Source of the DNA: Acidimicrobiales bacterium
Lineage (GTDB): Bacteria > Actinomycetota > Acidimicrobiia > Acidimicrobiales > SZUA-35
Length of the DNA: 64,000 nt
Reading direction: 5' to 3'
NCBI GenBank assembly: GCA_020629155.1
Contig: JAHDDW010000001.1
Span: forward strand, 220,454 to 284,453
This document shows positions 37,385 to 46,231 of the stretch, one piece after another. A program made the translations under genes and the position numbers. How positions within the stretch are numbered: the first letter of the stretch is position 1; each line of letters starts with the position of its first letter. Under the pieces are notes generated by a model. That model was not told the origin of the DNA. It did not search any database and saw only the letters and a list, made by a program, of their open reading frames with translations.

Positions 37385-38569
37385 TTACTGCGTTACTTGC
37401 AAAAGGTCTGATGAGGCGTCGATGAGTTGTATCCAGGTGCGTCCTGGTGTGAGCTCTATCACATCACCTTCGCTTGTTGTGAATGTGGCGACGCTTGTTA
37501 GCGATGGTTTTGTCCACACACCGTCGATTTGTTTACCTTGTGTGAAGATCGTGGCTTTGCCGCTGCCGACATACACAAACTCTGGCACAGCGCCACCGCT
37601 TGCGTCGACCATGCCCGTGTCAACCGATTCGGCTTCTATCACAACAACATTTTCGGCTGCTACTTGTTCGCCGTCTACAAGCGTGTGAGGTGCACCATAT
37701 TGTGAACGCTGCCATGTTTCGCCGCTCCACGTCCACGTCGGTTTCGATCGATAGCCGATACTAAACTCTTTCGCCTCACTGCCTACACTGGTGCTATCGC
37801 CATAAGCGAAATGCGCTGGAGGAGCTTCACCTGTGGCTGATGCCCAATGCGGTGCGGTATCGGTAAACAGGTTCGACGGTGCTTTGCGGTCATCGGCGCG
37901 CCAATAGCCAGATGATGTTCCAACGTTACGGTTTTGGAAGTTCGTTTGTTTACGCAAATACAACTCGGTTATATCATTTGCGCCTGAATACAGAAACAGC
38001 GGCGTGCCAAATGAACTAGCTAACGCAATGTCGGTGGTTCGTCCAGAGCGGACAGGACCAACAATCGACGAGGTGCTGTGAAATACTGCTGCGAAACGGG
38101 TTACTCCCCCTTCGACTTCTTCTTCGATCACTATGTCTGCGGCGTTTAAACCATCGTGTGGTTGTGCTGGTTTGCCGTTATCGATTTTTATTACAGCTGC
38201 CGCCCTATCAGGGCTGTCACCTTTTAAACCTGTGAGCGGAAACGTGCCTGGTTCGGTTGCAGGTGGTTCAGCGACGGCATCGACAAGTGCATCGTTCGGG
38301 TCAAGTTTGCCGATCTTGCCTTTATAAATGTTGTCTGGGTCAGCTCCTTGGCCGCCTAGAACGGTAGTCACAGGTGGCAGACCGCTGCCGTCTGTCGTAG
38401 CCGTTTTCTCACCGTCGCTGCTGACGGCTTGGCTCGTTGAATCATCTGTTTTTTCAACAGCAACGCCGTCTTCTTGTGTCGCTGTTGATGCTTCTTTATC
38501 GTCTCCGCCGCTACAAGCGCTGAGCAGAAATATGAGCGATGCCGCACAAACGGCAGATTTTTTGATCAT
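37385..38569 (-). CDS. DUF3048 domain-containing lipoprotein (paralogue 2)
   Basis: Lipobox LLSAC. Same conserved blocks as the neighbouring gene (LTGL...AAVIKIDNGKPAQPHDGLNAADIVIEEEVEGGVTRFAAV...GPVRSGRTTD). Confidence 0.75.
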   Translation of the reverse strand: MIKKSAVCAASLIFLLSACSGGDDKEASTATQEDGVAVEKTDDSTSQAVSSDGEKTATTDGSGLPPVTTVLGGQGADPDNIYKGKIGKLDPNDALVDAVAEPPATEPGTFPLTGLKGDSPDRAAAVIKIDNGKPAQPHDGLNAADIVIEEEVEGGVTRFAAVFHSTSSIVGPVRSGRTTDIALASSFGTPLFLYSGANDITELYLRKQTNFQNRNVGTSSGYWRADDRKAPSNLFTDTAPHWASATGEAPPAHFAYGDSTSVGSEAKEFSIGYRSKPTWTWSGETWQRSQYGAPHTLVDGEQVAAENVVVIEAESVDTGMVDASGGAVPEFVYVGSGKATIFTQGKQIDGVWTKPSLTSVATFTTSEGDVIELTPGRTWIQLIDASSDLLQVTQ

Positions 38570-38634
38570 GTGAGTGCCTCCACATGATCTATTCGACCTA
38601 GAGGTTCAAATAGTTAGCGCCAAGGCCACAGTCT

Positions 38635-39509
38635 TTAGCTAGCAAACGTCAATTTCAAACCTTCTAGCAGGCTATGGGAACTAGAAAACCCCTGGTCTGC
38701 TATTTTCGTCGTATCCAATGTCAACGTTGTCGATCGAAAAGGAAAATACGATCTAGCTGGTTTTTCTTGAAGTGCTGCTGGGGCTTCCTTCGCTGGGTTC
38801 GGCAATCCAGCAGCTTCTGCGACAAGTGCAACCCATTGTGACAAACCAACTTTTTCTTCACCCGCAATATTATAGAACCCAGGCGTTATGGCCGATTGCA
38901 AACTCTGCATTATTGCCTGCACTAGGTCAGCGACATGCAAAAATTGAATCAACACTGTTTCGCTAGCTGGCGGCACAAACACAGGAAGACCAGCCTCGAT
39001 TTGTGACCATATGAAATTAGCACGGTCTTGGCTATCATTTGGCCCATATAGGTATGGCGGTTGATAGATTGTTGTGCAAAAACCGTGACGATTTAACTCA
39101 TCGAGCAAAAACGATCTACCTCTGATTTATCTACTCCGTAGTCTCCCCAAACACTCGCGCCGCCGATCGGGTCTGATTCTTTTGCCATCTGACAGTGCAG
39201 GTAGACAGAAGCAGAACTGATATGAATTAGATGGCCAGCAAACTGGGGCAGCTGCGCCAACAAAACCTGAGTATGACGCAAACACACGCTAGAGGTATCA
39301 ATAACAGCTTCAAATTCTGAACCGTCGTATCGTTCCAGCGCTTGCTGCATAGCCGCAGCATCGTCTCTGTCTGCTTGAAGAGACACTACGGCACTATCAC
39401 TTTTTGATTTTCCACGATTAAGAACCGTGACGCAATGGTCGTCTGCAAGTAAACGAGGCACAAGATGTGACCCTATAAAACCTGTACCGCCAAGAACTAG
39501 AATCTGCAT
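38635..39509 (-). pseudogene. NAD-dependent epimerase/dehydratase split into ORFs 39093-39509 and 38635-39108 by a -1 frameshift
   Basis: The N-terminal ORF has MQILVLGGTGFIGSHL and YGVDKSEVDRF. Adding one base to the A5 run at 39107-39111 (T run on the coding strand) restores ..VDRFLLDELNRHGF..YGPND. Confidence 0.8.
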
Positions 39510-39521
39510 ATATATTTCCCC

Positions 39522-40865
39522 TCACATGTTTGCAGGATTCAGGTCTACAGCACCCTCATTTTTGAGGTTTTCTTTATTTTGGAAGTGGCTTAGCACAACG
39601 CTTACACCTAGATAAACGACTGCGGCGAGAGCGACAAGCGAAAGCATCGAAACAGTTTGTTTTGTCTCAGGCCGTTGAGATGATTCCCAACCAATCTTGT
39701 GAAAAATACAAAACACGGTGGCGACACTTAACGTAGTTAGCCATGACCATTTACGCAAAACGGGTACAAAAACTAGCCAGAGCCAATCATGTGAATAGCC
39801 ATGACCTGAAAAAAAGGTGATCATTGCGAGCGACCACAACGCCAGCGCATAAGGATCAGCGTGTCGCAGTAGCCAACTGGCAACCACGACGACAACAAAA
39901 GCAGCAAGCAAAAAGTACAGGTCAGTCGAATCAGGCAACTTGTTTGTGGCACTTATCGTGCTGAACGTCATGTCATCTAACGGGTTCACTTGGATGTCTA
40001 GCTGCTCAAGCCACGATGACCAATAAGAGAAAGGGAAAAGCACGAGCGTAACAAACAGTAATGTTCCTAAGGGAACACCGACACGAAGCGCCGTTTTTAG
40101 CGGCTGTCGCCACAACTCTGAGATGCCACTCGCTAACGAAATATGCGGTTTGAACGACAACATGGCAATCGGAAGGCCAACAAAATTTTTGCCATACAAC
40201 ACAAAACGCAACCCTACTAAACCGGCGATAAGAAAACCTACTTGGCCAAACCGAAACGTCGATATACCTGGTGTTGTGGAGAAGAAATATGTTGCTGCAA
40301 CAAGGAACGCCACATAGTTTATATTGGAAGATTTGCGACTTAACCACAGCAAAGAACCATAAGTGCCCAGCATTCCAATGATGTTCATGGCCATAGCTGA
40401 AGGGCCAAACAATTTGATCTGCGCCAGCCATGTTGGCGGGTTAAAAAGATACATACAGCTTCGATTTTCGTTCACGCAGCTGTCTGCTCTGCCGATCCAA
40501 TGCGAACCGCCATAGTCTTGATAATTCACACCTATTTCTCGGAAAAGGGCTTGCTCGTCATAAGGGTCGAGGCCTTGATCAGCCAGCACATCAGAGGCAC
40601 GCCATATTTGGAAATCGAATGGTTGAAAGTCACTATTCCAGTCGATTTGTACCCCGTCGTCAAAGGAAATACTCATTTTCCAACGGACATAGAACAAGAT
40701 ACTACCAAACACGGCAGCCAGCGCTACCCGACCCCACATGCTGTTCAGCGGTTTCAGGTATCGGTTCAGCTCATTATCAATCGGTTCAAATGCTTCTTGC
40801 AGTTGTCGATTTGTTTCTTCAAAAAAAACTTTAGCTCGTAACAAGCTATCTAGTGTAAACCGCAA
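39522..40865 (-). CDS. Polytopic integral membrane protein (possibly GT-C-type glycosyltransferase)
   Basis: 447 aa with >=9 hydrophobic segments and one ~110-aa loop after TM1. The function call is weak. Confidence 0.55.
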   Translation of the reverse strand: MRFTLDSLLRAKVFFEETNRQLQEAFEPIDNELNRYLKPLNSMWGRVALAAVFGSILFYVRWKMSISFDDGVQIDWNSDFQPFDFQIWRASDVLADQGLDPYDEQALFREIGVNYQDYGGSHWIGRADSCVNENRSCMYLFNPPTWLAQIKLFGPSAMAMNIIGMLGTYGSLLWLSRKSSNINYVAFLVAATYFFSTTPGISTFRFGQVGFLIAGLVGLRFVLYGKNFVGLPIAMLSFKPHISLASGISELWRQPLKTALRVGVPLGTLLFVTLVLFPFSYWSSWLEQLDIQVNPLDDMTFSTISATNKLPDSTDLYFLLAAFVVVVVASWLLRHADPYALALWSLAMITFFSGHGYSHDWLWLVFVPVLRKWSWLTTLSVATVFCIFHKIGWESSQRPETKQTVSMLSLVALAAVVYLGVSVVLSHFQNKENLKNEGAVDLNPANM

Positions 40866-40930
40866 GAAACGCTTTGCATTGACACTTCTGCTTGCTTCAC
40901 TCTATTTAAATATAAGCCGATAGTGCTAGA

Positions 40931-41746
40931 GTGCAGGCAACGACGAGACAGAAAAATAGCTTGAAGAACCAAAGCGGTTTGACGGTTCGCAAAGTTCGTT
41001 TCGACGCATCTGACGTTAACCCACGTTGGACCGACCCTATTGAATTTTCTTGGACGGCAAATGCTATCTCGTTAATGATGCCCTATGTCGAACCTTTCTT
41101 TGTGGACACTATTTCAGAAGTTCTGCCATCGCTTCCTGCACATAGCCACGATGAGGTACGCAAATACATGACGCAAGAAGCGAACCATCATGCCCAACAT
41201 AGACGTTTTAATCAGTTCCTGACTAGTCATTACGGGTCACTTCGTATTGTTGAGCGGCAGCTTGGGTGGCTTTTTGGTTGTATGCGTAACAGGAAAATGC
41301 CGTTTCGTGTGGCGTTCACCGCTGCTTCAGAAACAATTGCCTATGCCATTGCCAGGTGGGCGGCGAAATATCACCGAGCTGTGCTTAGCGGAGGCGATCA
41401 ACAGGTAGCCCATCTGTTTCTATGGCATCTTGCCGAAGAAGTAGAACATAAGAATGTGGCGTTTGATATTCAAGAACAACTTGCCGTTACGTGGTTTAAA
41501 AAACTGCAAGGGGTGCTAGCAGCAACCGCTGTGGTTATGTATTTTACACTTTGCGCCACAGTATGCATGGCGATTGCCGATAAGCGATGGTACAACGCAG
41601 TTTCGTGGTTCAGACTAGCAAAGTGGTCGGTTAGTTTCGCTTTTGAGTTGCTACCGCTCTCTGTTCTATCGCTAGGCCGCAGCTATTCGCCACGACAACT
41701 TGTCGACCCTCTCTTCTACCAAAACTGGCTCAAAGAAAATACCTAA
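40931..41746 (+). CDS. Predicted metal-dependent hydrolase (PF10118-like)
   Basis: QEANHHAQHRRFN and HLAEEVEHKNVAFD His/Glu motifs with a hydrophobic C-terminal half. Family recalled from memory. Confidence 0.6.
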   Translation: MQATTRQKNSLKNQSGLTVRKVRFDASDVNPRWTDPIEFSWTANAISLMMPYVEPFFVDTISEVLPSLPAHSHDEVRKYMTQEANHHAQHRRFNQFLTSHYGSLRIVERQLGWLFGCMRNRKMPFRVAFTAASETIAYAIARWAAKYHRAVLSGGDQQVAHLFLWHLAEEVEHKNVAFDIQEQLAVTWFKKLQGVLAATAVVMYFTLCATVCMAIADKRWYNAVSWFRLAKWSVSFAFELLPLSVLSLGRSYSPRQLVDPLFYQNWLKENT

Positions 41747-41839
41747 AACGATCTGTCTTTTCAAACAAATGTGAGGTAGGTTGAGCGATGCTCTATAGCT
41801 TCTCAACTGATTTGTTAGAAATTCAGCTAGATTTTAGCT

Positions 41840-42070
41840 ATGGGGCGTAAACGTAAGAAGGCAGCGAAGCGGCCAGATCCTTCTGATAGTGAGGATACCG
41901 AGACCCGCTTTATCCAGCCGTACCAAGCAACCAAAACCTATATCTGCCCTGGCTGCAATCAAGATATCCAACCAGGTGTTGGACATATCGTTGCTGTGCC
42001 TAAAGCGTTACCAGAGTTGCGCCGCCATTGGCATCGCGGATGCTGGGTGAACCGAAAAAATCGCTATTAG
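41840..42070 (+). CDS. Small basic zinc-ribbon protein
   Basis: 76 aa. MGRKRKKAAKRP N-terminus and CPGC...HWHRGCW metal-binding-like residues. Confidence 0.6.
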   Translation: MGRKRKKAAKRPDPSDSEDTETRFIQPYQATKTYICPGCNQDIQPGVGHIVAVPKALPELRRHWHRGCWVNRKNRY

Positions 42071-42140
42071 ACCAATGTCTTTTATACAATACAGTTTAGA
42101 GATACTCGCGATAGCTATCCATTAGGAGAGAAATCAACCT

Positions 42141-42710
42141 ATGCTTGCAAAATTTAGTGCTTTAGCACTTCGTCTACTCCGCTGGCACCCTGTGGGCACG
42201 CCCGCACCTGACGCACGTGCTGTTTTGATCGCAGCTCCACATACAAGCAACTGGGATTTTCTCTATTTTATTTTAACGGCTTGGAGCCTCAAACTCCCCA
42301 TTCGCTGGGCTGCGAAAGATTCAGCTTTTGTGCCGTTGATCGGCCGTCTCATGAAAGCTATAGGAGGTATACCTATCAACCGCGAAGCTCCTGGCGGCAC
42401 CGTCGATCAGCTCGCCAATATTTTTGCTGAAGGCGAACCAATTGTCTTATTGATAGCGCCAGAAGGCACACGGTCGCAGCGTCCATACTGGAAAAGCGGC
42501 TTTTACAGAGTCGCGCAGCAAGCGAACGTCCCTGTAGCCTTTGGGTTCATGGATTACGCCAAAAAAGAAGTAGGGATGAAACCTGGCTTCCTGTTAACTG
42601 GCGACGTTAAAGCAGACATGGACCGTATTCGAGAGTTTTATAAAAACATTACAGCAAAACACCCAGATGAATTCGGCCCAGTTCTACTTCGTTCAGAAAA
42701 ATCTAGCTAG
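42141..42710 (+). CDS. 1-acyl-sn-glycerol-3-phosphate acyltransferase-like (PlsC family)
   Basis: HX4D motif (APHTSNWD) and APEGTRS motif, 189 aa. Confidence 0.8.
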   Translation: MLAKFSALALRLLRWHPVGTPAPDARAVLIAAPHTSNWDFLYFILTAWSLKLPIRWAAKDSAFVPLIGRLMKAIGGIPINREAPGGTVDQLANIFAEGEPIVLLIAPEGTRSQRPYWKSGFYRVAQQANVPVAFGFMDYAKKEVGMKPGFLLTGDVKADMDRIREFYKNITAKHPDEFGPVLLRSEKSS

Positions 42711-42713
42711 CGG

Positions 42714-43157
42714 CTACCCGTTCACATAAGCTCGCCCGATGAAGAAAGCCATCAAGGCAGACAAGCAGCTGAGAAAAAGAATCGACGCCAATATTTTGCT
42801 CGACTTCGGGTTGTCACCTCTAGCAAACCATGCCGCACCAAGGAACCCACCCAGAGGCAGCAACCCTCCTATATAGTGGATATAAAGCTGCACAATTCCT
42901 TGACCTTGGTCAAGAAGTTTAATCCCAAGCAGAAGCTGCCATATCAACGCTACCTGGGCTACCCCTAACGAAACCTTCGCAATTGTATCTATCGGCTTCT
43001 TTCCCAAAGCGCATCGGGCTACAAGACCAACTGCTGTGACCATCGCAACGATAACAACAACTCCGCTGACAAGATGGACTGACGAGTCAATAATAAAATT
43101 ATCGATTTTGCCGTCGCCAATAGTTGATTGCGCTAAAGCACCAGATGCTAAGGCCAT
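42714..43157 (-). CDS. Membrane protein, unknown function
   Basis: 147 aa with four hydrophobic helices. Confidence 0.55.
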   Translation of the reverse strand: MALASGALAQSTIGDGKIDNFIIDSSVHLVSGVVVIVAMVTAVGLVARCALGKKPIDTIAKVSLGVAQVALIWQLLLGIKLLDQGQGIVQLYIHYIGGLLPLGGFLGAAWFARGDNPKSSKILASILFLSCLSALMAFFIGRAYVNG

Positions 43158-43349
43158 AACTTCCTCCAGGTTGAACTTTAACGCTACAGTCGCCTTACTA
43201 AAGACACCACTAGCAACAAATCAAAACCCTCTGAATGCTCCTAGATGGTTTATTCCAAGGTGTTTGTGTATTCTAGGTTATTCAAGATGTAGTAAAAACA
43301 ACTTTTGTCGATTTCCTCACACCCCGATCCTCTCATCCCCATTCGATCC

Positions 43350-43615
43350 CGTCATCCCCAACTCGATTGGGGATCTCCTTGGCCAGATTCCCAGTCGTAG
43401 CTGAGAATGACATGAACGCAACTCGAACTCGTCATCCCCAACTTGATTGGGGATCTCCTTGGCCAGATTCCCAGTCGTAGCTGAGAATGACATGAACGCA
43501 ACTCGAACTCGTCATCCCCAACTTGATTGGGGATCTCCTTGGCCAGATTCCCAGTCGTAGCTGGGAATGACGTGACTAACTGGGCAAGACGTGGACGCAG
43601 CTGGAAATGACGTGG
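43350..43615 (+). repeat. R2 tandem array: three 80-bp-period units plus degenerate 21-nt subrepeat tail
   Basis: GTCATCCCCA recurs at 43351, 43431 and 43511. Unit is CGTCATCCCCAACTTGATTGGGGATCTCCTTGGCCAGATTCCCAGTCGTAGCTG(A/G)GAATGAC. The inter-unit segments are identical (CATGAACGCAACTCGAACT), so this is not a CRISPR. Tail: GCTGGGAATGACGTG / CTGGGCAAGACGTGG / GCTGGAAATGACGTGG. Confidence 0.9.
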
Positions 43616-43688
43616 TCCGACTCGCTACAGGTTGCTCTTGAAATCAAGATCGGCGCTTCATTAGTAGTTCTAGATCAAAGCTAAAAAC

Positions 43689-43724
43689 AAATGTAGACCC
43701 TTGCATTAGCGAGGGTCTACATTT
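43689..43724 (-). terminator. Rho-independent terminator downstream of pnp (possibly bidirectional)
   Basis: 12-bp stem AAATGTAGACCC/GGGTCTACATTT with a 12-nt loop. T-runs follow on both strands (minus strand: TTTGTTTTT). Confidence 0.7.
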
Positions 43725-43774
43725 TTACTTTTTCTTCGCTGCGCCCCAGTTGTGACTGGAGCGACTAGTAATAC

Positions 43775-46231
43775 TTACTTCGAGTTACGGCCTCGACCTC
43801 GGCCACGACCGCCGCCATTTCGACCACGGTTGTTATTACCGCGTCGACGGTTATTGTCGTTGTAGATCGGAGCACCTTCTGGACCCAACTCTCCGAAACC
43901 TTCAACTTCAAAGCCTTCTTCAAAAGACATAGAAGCGCCATCATTATCGTCTGCTGTGTCTTTCGACTTTGCATCAGATCGCGGCTTGGAATCAGATCGT
44001 GGCTTGGAGCCTGACTTAGCGCTAGATGAACTATCGTTTGAAGATTTCGCTTCTTCATAGTCGGTATCATCACCAGCAAGTTTCAAAGAAATTTTGCCGT
44101 TAGGGTCAACATCTTCAACCTGCACTTCAATTGCTTGACCAAGTTCAAGCACGTCTTCAACACGGTCAATTCTTTTACCTTGACCAATCTTAGAGATATG
44201 CAACAAACCGTCACGACCAGGCAGGATAGAAACAAACGCACCAAACTTGGTGATGTTCACAACCTTGCCGTCATAGTTTGCACCAACTTCAGCAGTTGGT
44301 GGGTCAAGAATCAATTCGATCTGACGAGTCGCTTCGTCAACAACTTCTTTATCAGTCGCAGCCACAGAAACAGTACCGACGACACCGTCGTCGTCAACGC
44401 TGATGTCAGCGCCTGTTTCTTCCTGAATAGCGTTGATAACTTTGCCTTTTGGTCCGATAACATCACCGATCTTGTCGATAGGGATCTCGAAGCTAACAAT
44501 TTTCGGAGCCCCTGATCGTACATCTTCACGCGGAGCAGCTATTGCAGCTGCCATCACGTCAAGAATCTTCATACGAGCTTCTTTGGCCTGCTGTAATGCT
44601 TGTGAAAGCACCTCAGACGGAATGCCAGCAATTTTTGTGTCTAGTTGCAACGCTGTGATGAAATCTGACGTACCAGCAACTTTAAAGTCCATGTCGCCGA
44701 ACGCATCTTCAGCGCCCAAAATATCAGTCAACGTAGTGTACTTGCCTTCTGCAAAGATAAGACCCATCGCAATACCCGCAACAGGCGCTTTGATAGGTAC
44801 ACCTGCGTCCATAAGAGACAAGGTAGAGCCACAAACAGAAGCCATCGAAGATGATCCGTTAGAAGCCATAACTTCAGAAACAAGACGTAGCGTGTACGGC
44901 CACTCTTCTAGGGTTGGGATAACAGGCACCAACGCACGTTCTGCAAGAAGACCGTGACCGATTTCTCGGCGCTTCGGACCACGCATAAACCCAACTTCAC
45001 CGACACAAAATGGTGGGAAGTTGTAGTGATGCATATAGCGCTTTTTGCCAACAGGATCGATACCGTCAATCAACTGATCCATACGCTTCATACCAAGGGT
45101 TGTAACGTTAAGCACCTGTGTTTCACCACGCTGGAAGATACCAGAGCCATGCACACGAGGAAGCACGCCAACTTCTGAAGATAACGCACGAATATCGCTG
45201 GTTCCTCGACCATCGATACGCTTGCCTGTCTCAACAATGCTTTTGCGAACAGCTTTTTTCGATAACGCTCTGAAAGCTGCATGCAGCTGCTTTTTTGCAT
45301 CCTCATCATCGCCAGCAATCGAGTCGACAACCTCATTGCTCAAAGCAGACTCGGCAGCGCCTCGTTCAGCTTTGTCAGCAATTGTCATGACTTCAGCAAT
45401 TTTAGACTCAGCAGCAGCGGCAACAGCAGCTAGCTGCTCGTCGCTATAATCTTTCTGCGCGTCGAATTCCATAAATGTTTTACGACCACCAGCAGCTTCA
45501 ACAAGTGCAAGCTGCACAGCAATAGCTTCTTTGATGTATTGCTCAGACTCTTCCAGCGCTTTTGCTAGCGAATCTTCGTCAACCTTAGGAGCGCCACCTT
45601 CATAGTTATTCCAAGCAGTTTCGGTACCGCCTGCTTCTACCATCATCACAGCAACGCTGCCGTCGTCAAGCTGACGACCAGCAACAACAATTTCGAACGA
45701 AGACGCAGCGCCTTCTTCATAGGTTGGATGTGGAATCCAGTCACCTTCGTCGGTGTAAGCGAGACGTACAGCGCCGATAGGGCCGTTGAACGGAATGTTA
45801 GAAACCATCAAAGCCGCAGAAGCAGCGTTGATAGCTAACACATCATGTGGGTGTTTCTGATCAGCGGAAACAACTGTTATTACAACCTGGGTTTCGTTGC
45901 GGTAACCATCAGCAAATGATGGACGCAATGGCCTGTCAATTAGGCGTGCGGTTAGTGTCGCTTTATCCGATGCTCTTCCTTCACGACGAAGGAACGAACC
46001 TGGAATTTTGCCTGCAGCATAGAAACGTTCTTCGACGTCAACGGTTAGAGGGAAAAAATCCACGCCGTCACGGACGCTTCTTGCAGCTGTTGCTGTGGCG
46101 AGAACTGTGGTTTCACCTAGTGTTGCGGTGACTGAGCCACCAGCTTGTCTGGCGTATCTGCCTGCTTCTAATGTTAATTCTGGACCGTCACCATTGGTGA
46201 CAGAACCTGAAACGGAAAAAATATCCGTCAT
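43775..46231 (-). CDS. pnp: Polyribonucleotide nucleotidyltransferase (PNPase) with long low-complexity RGG-type C-terminal tail
   Basis: Start ATG 46231 after AGGAG (MTDIFSVSG...). Has two RNase PH domains, KH and S1. An extra ~115-aa tail ends in NNRRRGNNNRGRNGGGRGRGRGRNSK. Confidence 0.97.
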   Translation of the reverse strand: MTDIFSVSGSVTNGDGPELTLEAGRYARQAGGSVTATLGETTVLATATAARSVRDGVDFFPLTVDVEERFYAAGKIPGSFLRREGRASDKATLTARLIDRPLRPSFADGYRNETQVVITVVSADQKHPHDVLAINAASAALMVSNIPFNGPIGAVRLAYTDEGDWIPHPTYEEGAASSFEIVVAGRQLDDGSVAVMMVEAGGTETAWNNYEGGAPKVDEDSLAKALEESEQYIKEAIAVQLALVEAAGGRKTFMEFDAQKDYSDEQLAAVAAAAESKIAEVMTIADKAERGAAESALSNEVVDSIAGDDEDAKKQLHAAFRALSKKAVRKSIVETGKRIDGRGTSDIRALSSEVGVLPRVHGSGIFQRGETQVLNVTTLGMKRMDQLIDGIDPVGKKRYMHHYNFPPFCVGEVGFMRGPKRREIGHGLLAERALVPVIPTLEEWPYTLRLVSEVMASNGSSSMASVCGSTLSLMDAGVPIKAPVAGIAMGLIFAEGKYTTLTDILGAEDAFGDMDFKVAGTSDFITALQLDTKIAGIPSEVLSQALQQAKEARMKILDVMAAAIAAPREDVRSGAPKIVSFEIPIDKIGDVIGPKGKVINAIQEETGADISVDDDGVVGTVSVAATDKEVVDEATRQIELILDPPTAEVGANYDGKVVNITKFGAFVSILPGRDGLLHISKIGQGKRIDRVEDVLELGQAIEVQVEDVDPNGKISLKLAGDDTDYEEAKSSNDSSSSAKSGSKPRSDSKPRSDAKSKDTADDNDGASMSFEEGFEVEGFGELGPEGAPIYNDNNRRRGNNNRGRNGGGRGRGRGRNSK

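Noticed and set aside
43036-43404. ORFs translating the R2 repeats (43036-43404 +; 59144-59377 +; 59140-59340 -), giving ..VIPNLIGDL..-type peptides
   Set aside because: The reading frames run through intergenic repeat hairpins. The similar 'proteins' arise purely from repeat nucleotide identity. They have no RBS and no conserved protein features.
43350-43615. Possible CRISPR array (regularly spaced repeats with hairpin potential)
   Set aside because: The 80-bp units are near-identical over their whole length, including the would-be spacers (CATGAACGCAACTCGAACT twice). No cas genes are present, and the same unit occurs singly at 23101 and 59170. It is a tandemly amplified R2 repeat, not a repeat-spacer array.
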